The notes below the pieces were generated by a model. The model made no database searches, had not been told where the DNA came from, and was given only the letters and a program-made list of their open reading frames with translations. Source: Paraspadella gotoi (lineage: Eukaryota > Animalia > Chaetognatha). Taken from it: a stretch of 64,000 nucleotides of DNA. Shown piece by piece: positions 17,503-30,646 of the stretch. The translations under genes and the position numbers were made by a program. The DNA is taken from NCBI GenBank assembly GCA_051294375.1, contig CM119263.1:10365275-10429274 (forward strand), in the 5' to 3' direction. Each line of letters opens with the position of its first letter. Positions within the stretch are counted from its first letter, which is position 1.

Positions 17503-18909
17503 TATTATTTAATCAAATACATATTGCTTTCTTTCTTAAAAATGTTTTATTTATCTAATAATTTGGGAAGGGGAAGTCAGTGTTGTCTTCTGGAAATAGA
17601 GGGAGCATCTATACAACACAAGGTTAGATTACTATCTGTCCTAGTTTTCTAATAGATATCACACATCATTTCTGTTAGAAAGTCATTAATGAAAAATCAT
17701 AATATCTAAGAGGCTGAACAGAAAGGGGTGGGAATGGATAATTTTTTGAGGGGGGACCAAAGTTATATGTGATTTTTTTTACCAATAGGGATAAGACTAC
17801 CATGTAGAATTGTATGTTCTGATAGGGATACATACTGGGGAAAGGTCTATAGGGGCACCTTTATGTCATGAATATAATTTTAAAATTATATTTTTTCTTT
17901 ATTCTACTTAATTATTTCTTTTTTGAATATTTTTTATCTTTTATTTTTATACAATGGGAAGGTCATCAGTTGGGAACCTATACCCTTCATGGATTTCGGC
18001 TCTTTAATCCCAATATCCTCTTATATTCGTGGTTTGGGTTAAAAACCTATAGTTTTTCTATTCCGAAATATTTATCCAGCAATTTTTTTTAACGCAAAAT
18101 AATAATTTACCCGGGAAAGGCTATTGCTATTTAATTGTAATTAGTTCCCAAAAAAACTGTTTTAAACAGTGAAAAATTATGAAAAAAATACGAAACAAGT
18201 AATTTTGCAACTTTCATAAAGACTCAAACAAAGAAATGAAAAACAAAAATAAGACAATAAACGAGAGAATAAATAAAAAAACTATTTTAAACAAATAAAC
18301 AAATAAAATAAAGAAAATGAATCGAATCAATAAATAAACTAAACCAATCCAAGAAAGTAACACAGCAATAAAAAGAAAAAGAAACAAGGAAGGAAATAGA
18401 AAGAGAAAATAGTGGTTTTGCAATAAAACGTGAGTCAAAGAATCGCGACGTAATTTCGGCCGATTACCTCTTTTTCCCTTTTGTTTCCCTCGACGCCCAA
18501 TGAACAAAAAAATGGGCCGACGAGGCCGTCATTGCAATTGTTGTTATTTCAGTTGTTGTCGTCGTCGTCGTCGTTGTGGTTTTCGTTGATGTCGTTTTTA
18601 TTTCGCTACAAAGAATGGTTGTTTACTCATTCGTTTAAAACATCAAATAAACTACACTAAAAAAACTTTAACCAACGAATCCCAAATCTCAAGATGAAAG
18701 GAAAAAAAGGGAGAAAAAAAAGGGGGAACGAAAAGGGAAAGAAAATGAGGTAGTATGAAAAAAGTGAGGAAAGAAAGGAGGAAGTATGAAAAAAGTAAGA
18801 AAAGAAAGGAGGAAGTAGGAAAAAGGAAAATGGAGAAAAGCGACATAGAAGAAGATGCAAAGGAAAACTGGAGATAGGAGAAAGAAATGAAAGGACGGAA
18901 GGGGAGGAA

Positions 18910-19124
18910 AGGAAAGGAAAGGGAGACGGATGGGAAAAGGAATAAAAAGGAAAGGGAGATAGAAAGGAAAAGAGATAAAAAGGAAAAGGAAATAGGAAGG
19001 AAAAGAGATAAAAAGGAAAAGGAGATATAAAGGAAAAGGGATAAAAAGGAAAGGGAGATAGAAAGAAAAAAGGATAAAAAGGAAAGGGAGAGAGAAAGGA
19101 AAAGGGATAAAAAGGAAAGGGAGA
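18910..19124 (+). repeat. Purine-rich minisatellite, ~33 bp unit (17+16 subunits), ~6 copies
   Basis: Recurring ATAAAAAGGAAAGGGAGATAGAAAGGAAAAGRG; explains the FPFYPFSFLSP pseudo-ORF on the minus strand. Confidence 0.85.
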
Positions 19125-19758
19125 ATCGGAACAAAGCTTTTGTTTTCCGTCGTTTGATTGAGTTTCGACTCTTAAGGGGAAATCAATTCCGCGGCTCGTG
19201 GCCGCCGATCCACGCGGCTTCGTTGACGGGGCGGAATAAGGGGCGAAACGTGGAAAGGGATGGGTGGGTGAGGAAGAGAGAGGGTGGGTTGGGTTAAAGG
19301 GAGGAGGAGCAGAGGAGCCATTGCCGAAATGAGTTGAGTGAAGCAAAGCTCGAGAATTCCTCGGTTTTATTTCGATGAATCGAATTGAAAGAAAATTGAG
19401 GAGGTAGAAAAGGACGGAGGAAAAAACGCCGACAACAACGACGCCAACGACAACAACGACAGCGACGACGACGACTTCAGCTACAAACAAACTCCTCGGA
19501 GACGTTAAACGGTTTCGTAATCTTCGTTCGATGAACGAAACTCCTCCTCGTTCGGTTGGAAGAGAATGAAAGGTTCGGGTGGAATAAAAACGGAAAGGTA
19601 AAGAAGCTAAAGTAGAAAAAGAGAAAGAAAAAGTCAAAAGAACCAAAACAGACTGAATAATATAAAGAAGATAGAAAGAAAGAAAGAAAGAGAGAAGGGG
19701 AGTTAAAGTCGCAACTCAATTGAATTGCGATGAGAGTTAGAAAAAAACACGAAATTCA

Positions 19759-19840
<82 letters not shown>
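19759..19840 (+). repeat. Perfect (GTC)n microsatellite, ~27 units
   Basis: Direct reading. Confidence 0.97.
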
Positions 19841-19841
<1 letters not shown>

Positions 19842-20398
19842 TGCAGCTGCGGCTCGGGAAGTTTAGTGGCGAAGGGGAAGCTTCTATAGCACGACAGCAC
19901 GCCCTCGGTCTTTATCTTTAGCCCTTGCGTACCCCATTCGCCTGTATGCCCTTCTCCACCGCGCTTGACTATACGTAATATGTAATCCACGAAACTCCGC
20001 CAAAAAAATACAATAAGTAAAATGTCGATACCATAAATATGAAATGAATGAATGAATTTACATCTTTTGAATGAAAAAATAACCTCAATCACCTATAAAG
20101 TTTTTCTTCAGTTCGAGGTTTATCATTCTCTTTAACGAGAGCCGCCATTCGACGCCGCGATTCACACATCATCAACACAACATAACCCACCTCATGATGA
20201 GGCCAATTGTCGAGAGTCTTTTCCCGGAAATGGAAACGGTTACAGTTGTCACGTCGCTTTTACGATGGAGCGGCTGCAGCGGCGGCTGGTAGTCTAGAGC
20301 TGCGGCGATGCGCCGGCAGCGCGGGAGCGCGGGAGCGCGGGAGCAGATTCAAAGTCGGAACCGGGATCGCGTTAAACGCCACTTTATTTTTTGGGAAA

Positions 20399-20443
<45 letters not shown>

Positions 20444-21875
20444 AAGAGAGAGAGAGAAGAGAGAGAAAGAGAGAGAGAGAGAGGAGAGAAGGTGGAGTTG
20501 TCAGTTGGAGTAAGAGACCGGGAGTTTTAATTATTTTATTTTAAAATTACAATGTAAAAATGTTTAACAGTTTTACATTCAGGTTCTCTTTTGCAAAGTG
20601 TTGGGACATGAGAGAGATTTACCTTTTAGAAAAGAGAAGAAAAGAGAAAATAGATAGATAGTATCGGAAGAGTGGAGTCGAAAGATTTGGTAAATATATG
20701 TCTGGAAATCGAGGTAAAACTTTTACTAAAAGGGATTAAAGAACAAGGGTACAGAGGGCAGAAGAGGAGAAAGGCTAAAAGTAGATAGGACAAAAAAAGG
20801 ATTTACGGCAAAAGGGAAAAAATTTAAGAAAGAAAATCGGTCAACTTAGACTGAAACTTTACGTTGAGAGAAAGAAAGGAGAAGAAAGTGGAGAAGAGGA
20901 GTAAAAAAGAGGAGGAAAAGAAAGACTAGGAAAAGACTAGAAAACAAAAATGAAATCTAAGAGAGAAAATAAGGAATTAAAGGAAGAAAAAAGAAAAGAG
21001 AATTGAAAGAGAGGAAAGGGGAGAGACCCGTTGAGGTCGTGAGGGTCTCTAAAATCCCTTCAGTCCCACACTCAACGCAGCTGGAACCACAAACTTTTCA
21101 CTTGGAGAAAAAAAAAACAAAGAAAAAGGAAGAAATAAATAAGAAAAATATAAAAAAAAAGGAAAAAAATCCAAAAGAAAAAAAGGCCCTCGTTGACAAA
21201 AATGACACGATAGAGGGTTTGACCGTATTATTCAATTATCAATGGCCATCCATTTATTTTGTTTTTTGTTTCCAAGAAAGATGTATTCTCTCATAAAGCC
21301 TTAAAGTCTGAAGATTTTAAGATCGCTAAAAAGCAAATGCCACTCACTTAATAGAACTCTGTCTCTCTTTCTCTCTCTCTCTTTCTCTCTCTCNNNNNNN
21401 NNNNNNNNNNNNNNNNNNNNNNNNNNNNNNNNNNNNNNNNNNNNNNNNNNNNNNNNNNNNNNNNNNNNNNNNNNNNNNNNNNNNNNNNNNNNNNNNNNNN
21501 NNNNNNNNNNNNNNNNNNNCTCTCTCTCTCTCTTCGGTCCGGGGAAAAAAGTCAGAATGTCAAACCGAGACTCGGAAGGGAAATCCAATAAAATCGTAGT
21601 TTCTTGCCGCTCGCGTCGCTCGCCTCGCTGGCAGAAGAATCAAATAAAAGAACAACGTCTCTAAAATCCGCGCCCTGCGAGACTATAAAGAGAGTATGAG
21701 AGAAAAAAAGACATAGAGATCCACATGCTTCCTCCTGACCACTTACATCTACCATACTCAGATTTTCTCAGCATAAATATGCAGATATTCAATGACATAA
21801 CATGACTATATCATTAAAATCATGAGACAAACTTTATCGATATCTATGTAGCGAATTGCTTATAAGTCGTCATAA

Positions 21876-21889
21876 TGACCTTTTGACCT
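21876..21889 (-). promoter_or_regulatory. Perfect DR2 nuclear-receptor-type element (AGGTCA-AA-AGGTCA on the minus strand)
   Basis: TGACCT-TT-TGACCT; mirrored at 39249-39262. Motif match only. Confidence 0.2.
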
Positions 21890-23948
21890 TTTGTTAGTTT
21901 TAATTCGCCACCTCGTGATTTTCTCTCTTCAATTGTTTTACAGTTTGGCTGAACAGAATTGCCTAAACTTCCCTCTGTTCAATTTCTTCTCGTTAACGTG
22001 TTATTTTTTAAAAGTAAATAATACTTTTTTCTACAAAAATTCGTTTCCTTTGCTTCACCTACCAAAAATTTGGTTTAGTAAAAACAAAATTGCGCATTCA
22101 ATTCAAACCAGGTCGTGCTGTATAAACGTTTACCCAAAAGAAAATAATCTAGACTCTGAGGAAAAGGGAGAGACCGGCTTATGGGGCTTGCTGTCAGAAA
22201 ACCTTTTTTTTGGGGTGAAAATGTTATAAAAACTTATTTTGGGACTTTTTTAAAAAAAATTGGGATGCGCTTCTGGGTAAAAAATTGGAAAAAAGAATCT
22301 GAGCCGCTTCAGGGAAAAATGTTTGCATTGAAAAGGCTGTATCAGTTTTAGCAAAGGGAAGATATTTCTTTGATGAATGGAGAAGGGAGGTCATGATGAA
22401 TAGCAGGCGGAGAGAGAGANNNNNNNNNNNNNNNNNNNNNNNNNNNNNNNNNNNNNNNNNNNNNNNNNNNNNNNNNNNNNNNNNNNNNNNNNNNNNNNNN
22501 NNNNNNNNNNNNNNNNNNNNNNNNNNNNNNNNNNNNNNNNNNNNNNNNNNNNNNNNNNNNNNNNNNNNNNNNNNNNNNNNNNNNNNNNNNNNNNNNNNNN
22601 NNNNNNNNNNNNNNNNNNNNNNNNNNNNNNNNNNNNNNNNNNNNNNNNNNNNNNNNNNNNNNNNNNNNNNNNNNNNNNNAGAGAGAGAGGTAGTAAAGAA
22701 AAGAAAGCAAGACAGACAGTTAAACGGACTTTGTCGAGTGCTGAGCCTTGTTTACCATAGAAACTAAAAACCACTGGAGGCGTTTTTACTTCTCAATGAA
22801 AACGGGGAATCTTTCTTTTTTGTTTGGCTATAAACCCATTCAAAAAATGANNNNNNNNNNNNNNNNNNNNNNNNNNNNNNNNNNNNNNNNNNNNNNNNNN
22901 NNNNNNNNNNNNNNNNNNNNNNNNNNNNNNNNNNNNNNNNNNNNNNNNNNNNNNNNNNNNNNNNNNNNNNNNNNNNNNNNNNNNNNNNNNNNNNNNNNNN
23001 NNNNNNNNNNNNNNNNNNNNNNNNNNNNNNNNNNNNNNNNNNNNNNNNNNNNNNNNNNNNNNNNNNNNNNNNNNNNNNNNNNNNNNNNNNNNNNNNNNNN
23101 NNNNNNNNNNNNNNNNNTTTTTTTCTTGTTACAACTAATTTGTTTTCAATTAATACTTTCATTAAAGGCCAGAAAATTATTTATTTTCTTTTTTCAATTC
23201 TTTTGGTCTGACTGGGGACTTAGGAATTTTTTTTTTTAAATTCGAAATTTTAAAAGAAAACACGTTTCTGGATTAAAAATCAAGATTCGTTGTGAAAAAT
23301 GCAAGAGGAAAAAAAAAGAGAGGGAGTGAGAAAGAGAACGAGAGGTNNNNNNNNNNNNNNNNNNNNNNNNNNNNNNNNNNNNNNNNNNNNNNNNNNNNNN
23401 NNNNNNNNNNNNNNNNNNNNNNNNNNNNNNNNNNNNNNNNNNNNNNNNNNNNNNNNNNNNNNNNNNNNNNNNNNNNNNNNNNNNNNNNNNNNNNNNNNNN
23501 NNNNNNNNNNNNNNNNNNNNNNNNNNNNNNNNNNNNNNNNNNNNNNNNNNNNNNNNNNNNNNNNNNNNNNNNNNNNNNNNNNNNNNNNNNNNAACTTTTG
23601 TAGCAGATTCACGAGCATCGAGATTTTTTTTCCGCGAAATTCAACTCGAAAAGCGAATTAGTCTTTTTTTTTATGCAATTTTGTTTTTTAATTGTATTAG
23701 CTTTTATTGATTTTAATGATTTGCGAGAATTTTCTGGAAATGCAGTAATGACTGTATAAAATTTAAATATCTCAATTTATTGTTAGGTAAATTAGCTATG
23801 AGTAAATAATTTTAAGCATTTTTATCTATTCGTTTCTATTTACTATACATTCCCTCTGACATCTGCGTACTGAATAATGGAGTTTAGTATTGTATTCCAT
23901 TAACATTTCAGCGTTTCACTTGACTCCAGGAGCGTTTCCTTTTTTAAC

Positions 23949-24070
23949 CTGCGTCACAGGATTTTAAGCTGCGTCACAAGATTTCGACTCGCGTCACAAT
24001 ATTTCAGCTCGTGTGAAAATAATTAACCCCGCGACCTGCGTCAAAAAATCAAATCAGCGTCACAAGTTTT
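23949..24070 (+). repeat. Degenerate ~20-bp tandem repeat with a GCGTCAC core
   Basis: CTGCGTCACAGG, CTGCGTCACAAG, TCGCGTCACAAT, CTGCGTCAAAAA, CAGCGTCACAAG; mirrored at ~37260-37390. Confidence 0.7.
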
Positions 24071-25234
24071 CATCGTGCGCATTTGAAGGCGTCTGTTACT
24101 CTTTGTCTCCAGAGGCTAAATTCTTCCATCGAGCGCTACCTTCTCTCTCACCTCGCCTTTCCCTATCCTCTCTTTCCCCCCAAATCTCTCTCACCCTAAC
24201 TTACTTTTTCAATTCTCTGAATTCTCTGTATTTTCGTTGCTCACTTTATCTCTTAACAGTATAAATAGTATCAATAGTATTAATAATATAAATAATACCC
24301 CCCACAACGGATCAACGTATTCCCTTCCCTGTTTTTACCCTCCATGTCTCCATGTCTCCCATGCCAACGACTGTCATTTCATTCCTCTTCCTCCCCGCCA
24401 ATCGCGCGTCAATCTTCGCCTCGTCCCAGATTTCGGGGCGTGGTCGTCGCGACGTCAATGGCGCCGCAAACACGTTACCTGATGACAACGGCGATGATGA
24501 CGACGCCACGGTGACGAGGACGCGGGGATGACAGGATAACGACGACGGCGTGGGGGGGGGGTTAGGAACGGAGGCCGCGACGTCCTCGGAAAGGGCTCGT
24601 CCGGGATAAGATGGAATTGGGGGTAGAAAGAGAGGAATCACAAAGAGAGAAAAAGAAAAACGTGAGAATGGAATATCTAGTAGCGGTTTACTTTCATAAC
24701 GAATAAAAATTTCAGCTTAAAAAATATGTATATACATTCGTTGCGGCTTTACAGCTGATATGACGTAATATGTCAGTGTGAGTGAGTTAGCGAGTGAGTA
24801 AACACGAGGAAGANNNNNNNNNNNNNNNNNNNNNNNNNNNNNNNNNNNNNNNNNNNNNNNNNNNNNNNNNNNNNNNNNNNNNNNNNNNNNNNNNNNNNNN
24901 NNNNNNNNNNNNNNNNNNNNNNNNNNNNNNNNNNNNNNNNNNNNNNNNNNNNNNNNNNNNNNNNNNNNNNNNNNNNNNNNNNNNNNNNNNNNNNNNNNNN
25001 NNNNNNNNNNNNNNNNNNNNNNNNNNNNNNNNNNNNNNNNNNNNNNNNNNNNNNNNNNNNNNNNNNNNNNNNNNNNNNNNNNNNNNNNNNNNNNNNNNNN
25101 NNNNNNNNNNNNNNNNNNNNNNNNNNNNNNNNNNNNNNNNNNNNNNNNNNNNNNNNNNNNNNNNNNNNNNNNNNNNNNNNNNNNNNNNNNNNNNNNNNNN
25201 NNNNNNNNNNNNNNNNNNNNNNNNNNNNNNNNNN

Positions 25235-25266
<32 letters not shown>

Positions 25267-28200
25267 TAAAATGACGACGACTATAATTGTAATGAATTTT
25301 AAAAGAGTAAATTAATAAAGAGAATGATTAAAATGAAAATCCAAAAAATATTTTGAAACCGGATTCGTTGGTCCTCGTCGTGATTTTTTTCTGATACAAG
25401 TAACAAGTAACAAGTTATGACAAGATGTTGATTTGACGATGGAAAGTTAATGACCTCGGGATCTCCGAGGGCGCCGTCGCTCCTTGGAATTCGAGAGAAA
25501 AAAGCTCGAGGATTCCTGAATCATGACATGAATCACTTTCACGCTCTCACGCTCTCATTAACTATTATTTACTATTAACTAAAAGATCCCACTTGAAACC
25601 TATACAATTTCTCAACGGTTGTAAGGATTCCATCTTTGCTTTCTTCCCATCGTGAAAAGTGAGAACAAAAACTGACGATGAATTGATAAATGAAAGAAGA
25701 CAATACGTTTCTTTCGAACGTTCAAAAATTACGTAATGGAAAAAGGAAATTAATTTCTTTGAAAATAATAGACTTTTTGATCGAATGACAAGAATATCAT
25801 GAAGCAACATTGAATCAATAAAAAGAAAGAAAGTAATTTATCCATCTATCGACGGATCTCTCTCGTTTATTTGAGGTCGCGATCTCCAACGATAACGTTT
25901 GCCTTTTTTTTTCTGGTCCGCTGCCGATTTCGTCGAAGCGCGTCCCCTTAATTCGATAACCTTCCGCTCGAAAAGGTCAAAACGAGACGCTTAATCTTTA
26001 TTTATTTATTTATAAATAATTGAATTGCGAAAAAAAAACGAGGTGTAATTTTTGCTCGAGTTCTTTTTTCCAGTGGGAAAATCATAAATGATTGTTTCGT
26101 TCGGGTTCAGGTATTTCGCTGTCTTACTTTTTCCTGCTTATTGTTGTCGCTGTTTTTTCGTTAGGTTCTGTTTAAATTTTGTTTTTATGTTGTCGTCTAT
26201 GTAAAATGAGAGACATAGACATAGCTATTGTATTCTCTCTATCTGAACTCATGGAAGTTTCAAAAAGCTGTACCACTGCGCGTTTTCCACGCCAGGAATC
26301 AACTAAAAAGACTGGAAAAGACTAATGCCACGCTCTGCGAAAAATCCTTCAATAAGGCCGTCATATGAGCTGCATCCGTCATAATCAACGCACACCCTCT
26401 CCCCTTTCTCCTCTTTCTCCTCCTCCTTTTGGGAGAAAAAAATAAATAATGACGTCAACGTGTGGCGTCATAATCAGGCGTCGTGTGGAAAATGCATCTG
26501 GGAGGCTAAACATGAGTTTCACAATGAACCTCCTTATCATTACTTAACCATGAAAACGATTTTAGACTCACCAATAACGGCAGAGATTATTATTCTTTGA
26601 CGTCGCGCGTTTAGCTCGACTTCACTCCTATTTATCCCCTCGAGGAAAATGAGATGGTAACATCGACGAGATAATAAATTCTTTTCGAAACAACTTTTTT
26701 TTCTTTCTTTTTTTTTTCGCTCTGAGCAACACCTGCTTCTGCTCGTCCGCCTTTTCCAGCTTAAAAACCCCGACAACCTCACTTTTTCGATTTCACCACC
26801 GACTTCTTTTCATCTCACCCCAACTGCTTTTTCTTTCAGCTTATCTCTCAGCGGATTTTGACTTACTTTTGACTCACCTCGCTGATCTGTATTTTGAAAT
26901 TTCATACCCAAATATTAGAGGTGAAAAAACTTTCTTCACCATTTACCGACTTCCGGTTCGCCAATCGACGCTTGCGTCCATCGAGATTTGCATGTGCGGT
27001 GCATGTATGTCGATCTGCGCGCGCGTGGATCCATCCGCGTTCGTATGGCTCTATCTTTCTCTCTCNNNNNNNNNNNNNNNNNNNNNNNNNNNNNNNNNNN
27101 NNNNNNNNNNNNNNNNNNNNNNNNNNNNNNNNNNNNNNNNNNNNNNNNNNNNNNNNNNNNNNNNNNNNNNNNNNNNNNNNNNNNNNNNNNNNNNNNNNNN
27201 NNNNNNNNNNNNNNNNNNNNNNNNNNNNNNNNNNNNNNNNNNNNNNNNNNNNNNNNNNNNNNNNNNNNNNNNNNNNNNNNNNNNNNNNNNNNNNNNNNNN
27301 NNNNNNNNNNNNNNNNNNNNNNNNNNNNNNNNNNNNNNNNNNNNNNNNNNNNNNNNNNNNNNNNNNNNNNNNNNNNNNNNNNNNNNNNNNNNNNNNNNNN
27401 NNNNNNNNNNNNNNNNNNNNNNNNNNNNNNNNNNNNNNNNNNNNNNNNNNNNNNNNNNNNNNNNNNNNNNNNNNNNNNNNNNNNNNNNNNNNNNNNNNNN
27501 NNNNNNNNNNNNNNNNNNNNNNNNNNNAAAAGACGAGGCAAGGTAATAGGCATCATGTCTTTTTTCTTATCAGTCCATTTTCCTTTATTCACGGAAGGTA
27601 GTTGCTTTCTCAAAAAAAACCGGAGGGAAACTACCACGACGACGATGAAGACGACGATGACGACGACGACGACGTTAAAGAATTTAAGTAATATTTATTG
27701 AATCTCTGGAAAGCTCGAGGCGTTGCCGAGGCGACGATAAAAATTCTTAAAATTTAACTAATTTTTTTTTTCGTTTTGAAAAATTCAAGAAAAAAAATTA
27801 AGAGGGAAGGCTCATTAGGAATCTTTTTTTTTTTAAATTCAGTCAAAGGAGCTTCGTTACCTTCCCTAAGGGCATATAAAAGGAAAGACAATTTACAACG
27901 ATTAATATTTAGTGGAGTCATTGGAATGACAGGAGCATCGCTCCTTTTCCCCTCTCAATGATCTCGGCTGGAGTCGCTCCTCAATCGCACCGACGATTCG
28001 CCCTCCCGCGACGAAGAACAAAAACATTCAGGGTAAATCGGACGTCAGTTAGAGAGAGAGAGAGACGAAGCGTCGTCGTCGTCGTCGTCGTTCAACACCA
28101 CCACCACCCCCAACGCCACCCNNNNNNNNNNNNNNNNNNNNNNNNNNNNNNNNNNNNNNNNNNNNNNNNNNNNNNNNNNNNNNNNNNNNNNNNNNNNNNN

Positions 28201-28347
28201 NNNNNNNNNNNNNNNNNNNNNNNNNNNNNNNNNNNNNNNNNNNNNNNNNNNNNNNNNNNNNNNNNNNNNNNNNNNNNNNNNNNNNNNNNNNNNNNNNNNN
28301 NNNNNNNNNNNNNNNNNNNNNNNNNNNNNNNNNNNNNNNNNNNNNNN

Positions 28348-28487
28348 GGGGGGGGGCTGAGTCTGTGTTGGCTAATAGATTAATTGATTAATTAATTAAT
28401 TAATTAATAGATAAATTGATTAATTTGTTGACGTTGCGGGGGACTTGGAGAGGGGGGGGGGGCTGAGTCTGTGTTGGCTAATAGATT
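28348..28487 (+). repeat. Local tandem duplication with ~105 bp period (G-run + CTGAGTCTGTGTTGGCTAATAGATT)
   Basis: The motif occurs at ~28348-28381 and ~28452-28487; the same doubling is seen inverted at ~32543-33277. Confidence 0.8.
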
Positions 28488-29046
28488 CCCGGCAGAGAAA
28501 AATTAGTTATGCCTACGACGACGACGACGACGAAGATAACGACGACGACGACGACAACCAAGGTGATTGCGTTCGGATTTCTGAGTTACGCTGTAGGATC
28601 CGACGAAAAGCGGATGAAGGGGAAAAACCACTGCATGAATCAGTTTGAAACGAAGGTCCAAATGTAATAGAATAAAGATAAACGGACAAATTCATTGTCA
28701 AATAAATCTTTCTATGTTGGATGGCCGTCGATCAATCAATAATAATCATATACAGCCTTCACTAGGGGGCGTTGCTGACCGTTCTCGTACTTTTTACGAC
28801 ACGTTACGCGACTTTTTATGTAAACAAACAAAATAAGAGTCGGCAGCAGCGACGATGTCTGAGGCTGTTACTGCTTCGTCATTGTACTGTGTTTTTTTCG
28901 CCTTCCGAAATCCATCAATTAAATAATTATATTATTCAGGCGAGAGACCAAAGGATCGTACATCATATTAGAAGCCCGTTTGCCCGTGGCCAGAAAGAGA
29001 GAAGATCTCTTAACAGCCGATTCTAATAATAGAAGGAAACGAGAGG

Positions 29047-30503
29047 GAGCAGAGGGGGAGAAGAAGGGATGAGGGAGGGATCTGAGATTAGGGAGGAGAG
29101 GAGAGAGAGATGAGAGAGAGAGGAGAGAGCAGAGACGAGAAGAGAGAGAGAAGAGAGTAGAAGAGAGAATGAAATATATATATATATAAGTTATATATAT
29201 ATTGTGGTGCTTAGAACATTACAGGCGAGATGGTAAAAGGCCGGATAGAGGGCAATGTAAAGCCAAACGAAGCAAGAATGAGATTGGGTATGTTCATTTT
29301 ATACTTCTCCATTTCTCCTCTCCTCTCATCGTCTCATCTCTCATCTTTCTCTCCTCTTCTCTCTTGTCTCTCATCTCTTATCGAAGTCATGATCATTACA
29401 TCCTTTCTTTCATTGTCGCGTTTCCCACTAAGGTTCTCCTGAAGAGGTCAACCGATTTGCGTTTATTGTTTTGTTCACAATAGTTGGTTTATACAAGTAT
29501 TTTACCAAAACGATTTTCATCACGATAGTATGTGCTGCATTTATTAGCTATTAAATCAACGTACAATTTGTCTCTTTTTTGGACGCGTTATAACTCGATT
29601 TAATTGTAAATTACATAAGTAATTTAAACAGTTATACCATTTTGTCATTGTGGTTAGATTATAAGGTTTTGCAATATTACTTGTTTACAAGCCCTAAAAG
29701 TTGCGTGACCGATTTCTGTCAACGTCAGTGACCTCTGGGATGATGAGAGAAGTAGATGAGAGAGACGAGAGTAGAGAGAGAGAGAGCGAGAGAGAGAAGG
29801 AAGAGAGAGAGGAAGAGAGAGCAGAGAGAGAGAGAAGAGAGAGAGATTAACGCGACAGCAATATCTGCCTACCCCTCATTTCCGCTCAATACCTTTCGAA
29901 AGGGGAAGTTACGTAGGTTTACCGGATATAAATTTACGAAAACTGGAAAGGTCCTACGTAGCAAAAGATCGCAAGAATCCGGCCCTATCTCTTTCTGCCC
30001 CTCAATCGTCAGCACGGTACCAATCCGCCATTTTGCCATTGTTTAACCATCCGCGTTGTTGCCATCCGCTCTCCAGTCCTCGTTTCTTCGGCCCGCCTTC
30101 AAGCAATCTAAAGATCCTTATTACTGCCTTTTTTTCATCATCCTCGTTGTTTCCATCTCTTACGCCGGGATTCCTCCATTCACTTCCTCTCACAGTATCT
30201 CCGAATCTGACTCTCTGTTCTCTTCATCCAACTTCGCGCTCCCTCCTCACGCGCTCCTCACACTCTCCCCCGGATATCTTCTCTCCCCTCTGCTCCAACT
30301 TCCATGTCATTCCCACCGTCGCGGTCAAAAGAGTTGCTATAGTTTGCTCCGGAGATATGGTTTGGCTTTATACGGCATATATGGACTCATCTCTCATCTC
30401 TCTCTCTCTCTGGCTCTCAGTCTCGGTATGGCTCATCTTCTCGTCTTCTTCCTTCTCTCTCCGCGTCAGCATCTCTCTTCGTGCTCTCGCCGCCTTTCTG
30501 CTC
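29047..30503 (+). repeat. Palindrome spacer, copy 1 (~1.45 kb)
   Basis: Direct match to 30529-31970, e.g. ATTGTGGTGCTTAGAACATTACAG, CACTAAGGTTCTCCTGAAGAGGTCAACCGAT, terminal CCTTTCTGCTC. Confidence 0.9.
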
Positions 30504-30528
30504 NNNNNNNNNNNNNNNNNNNNNNNNN
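30504..30528. other. 25-N assembly gap between the two spacer copies
   Basis: Exactly 25 N flanked by direct duplicates. Confidence 0.95.
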
Positions 30529-30607
30529 GCAGAGGGGAAGAGGGAGAAGAGGGATGAGGGAGGGATCTGAGATAGGGACAGGGAGAGAGAGAGAGATGGA
30601 GAGGAAG

Positions 30608-30646
<39 letters not shown>

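Larger units (their letters stand above)
21625..28997 (+). repeat. Left arm of a large inverted duplication (~7.4 kb including six N gaps)
   Basis: Starts TCGCTGGCAGAAGAATCAAATAAAAGAACAACGTCTCTAAAATC, whose reverse complement ends at 39512; colinear inverted match inward to GCCCGTTTGCCCGTGGCC (~28974-28991 / ~31971-31988). Confidence 0.93.

Noticed and set aside
18652-19646. 329-aa and 160-aa minus-strand ORFs
   Set aside because: Products of purine-rich low-complexity DNA and the 33-bp minisatellite.
22348-28383. Long ORFs containing X runs
   Set aside because: Artefacts of translating N gaps.
28998-29046. Possible SMRTbell adapter remnant at the inner palindrome junction
   Set aside because: Only vague similarity; the (CAA)n/(GGA)n adapter core is not present.
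29439-29457. Hammerhead-like CTGAAGA-GGT-CA-ACC-GAT (also CTGATGA at ~53433 and ~57038)
   Set aside because: The required GAAA after stem II and the supporting stems I and III are missing.
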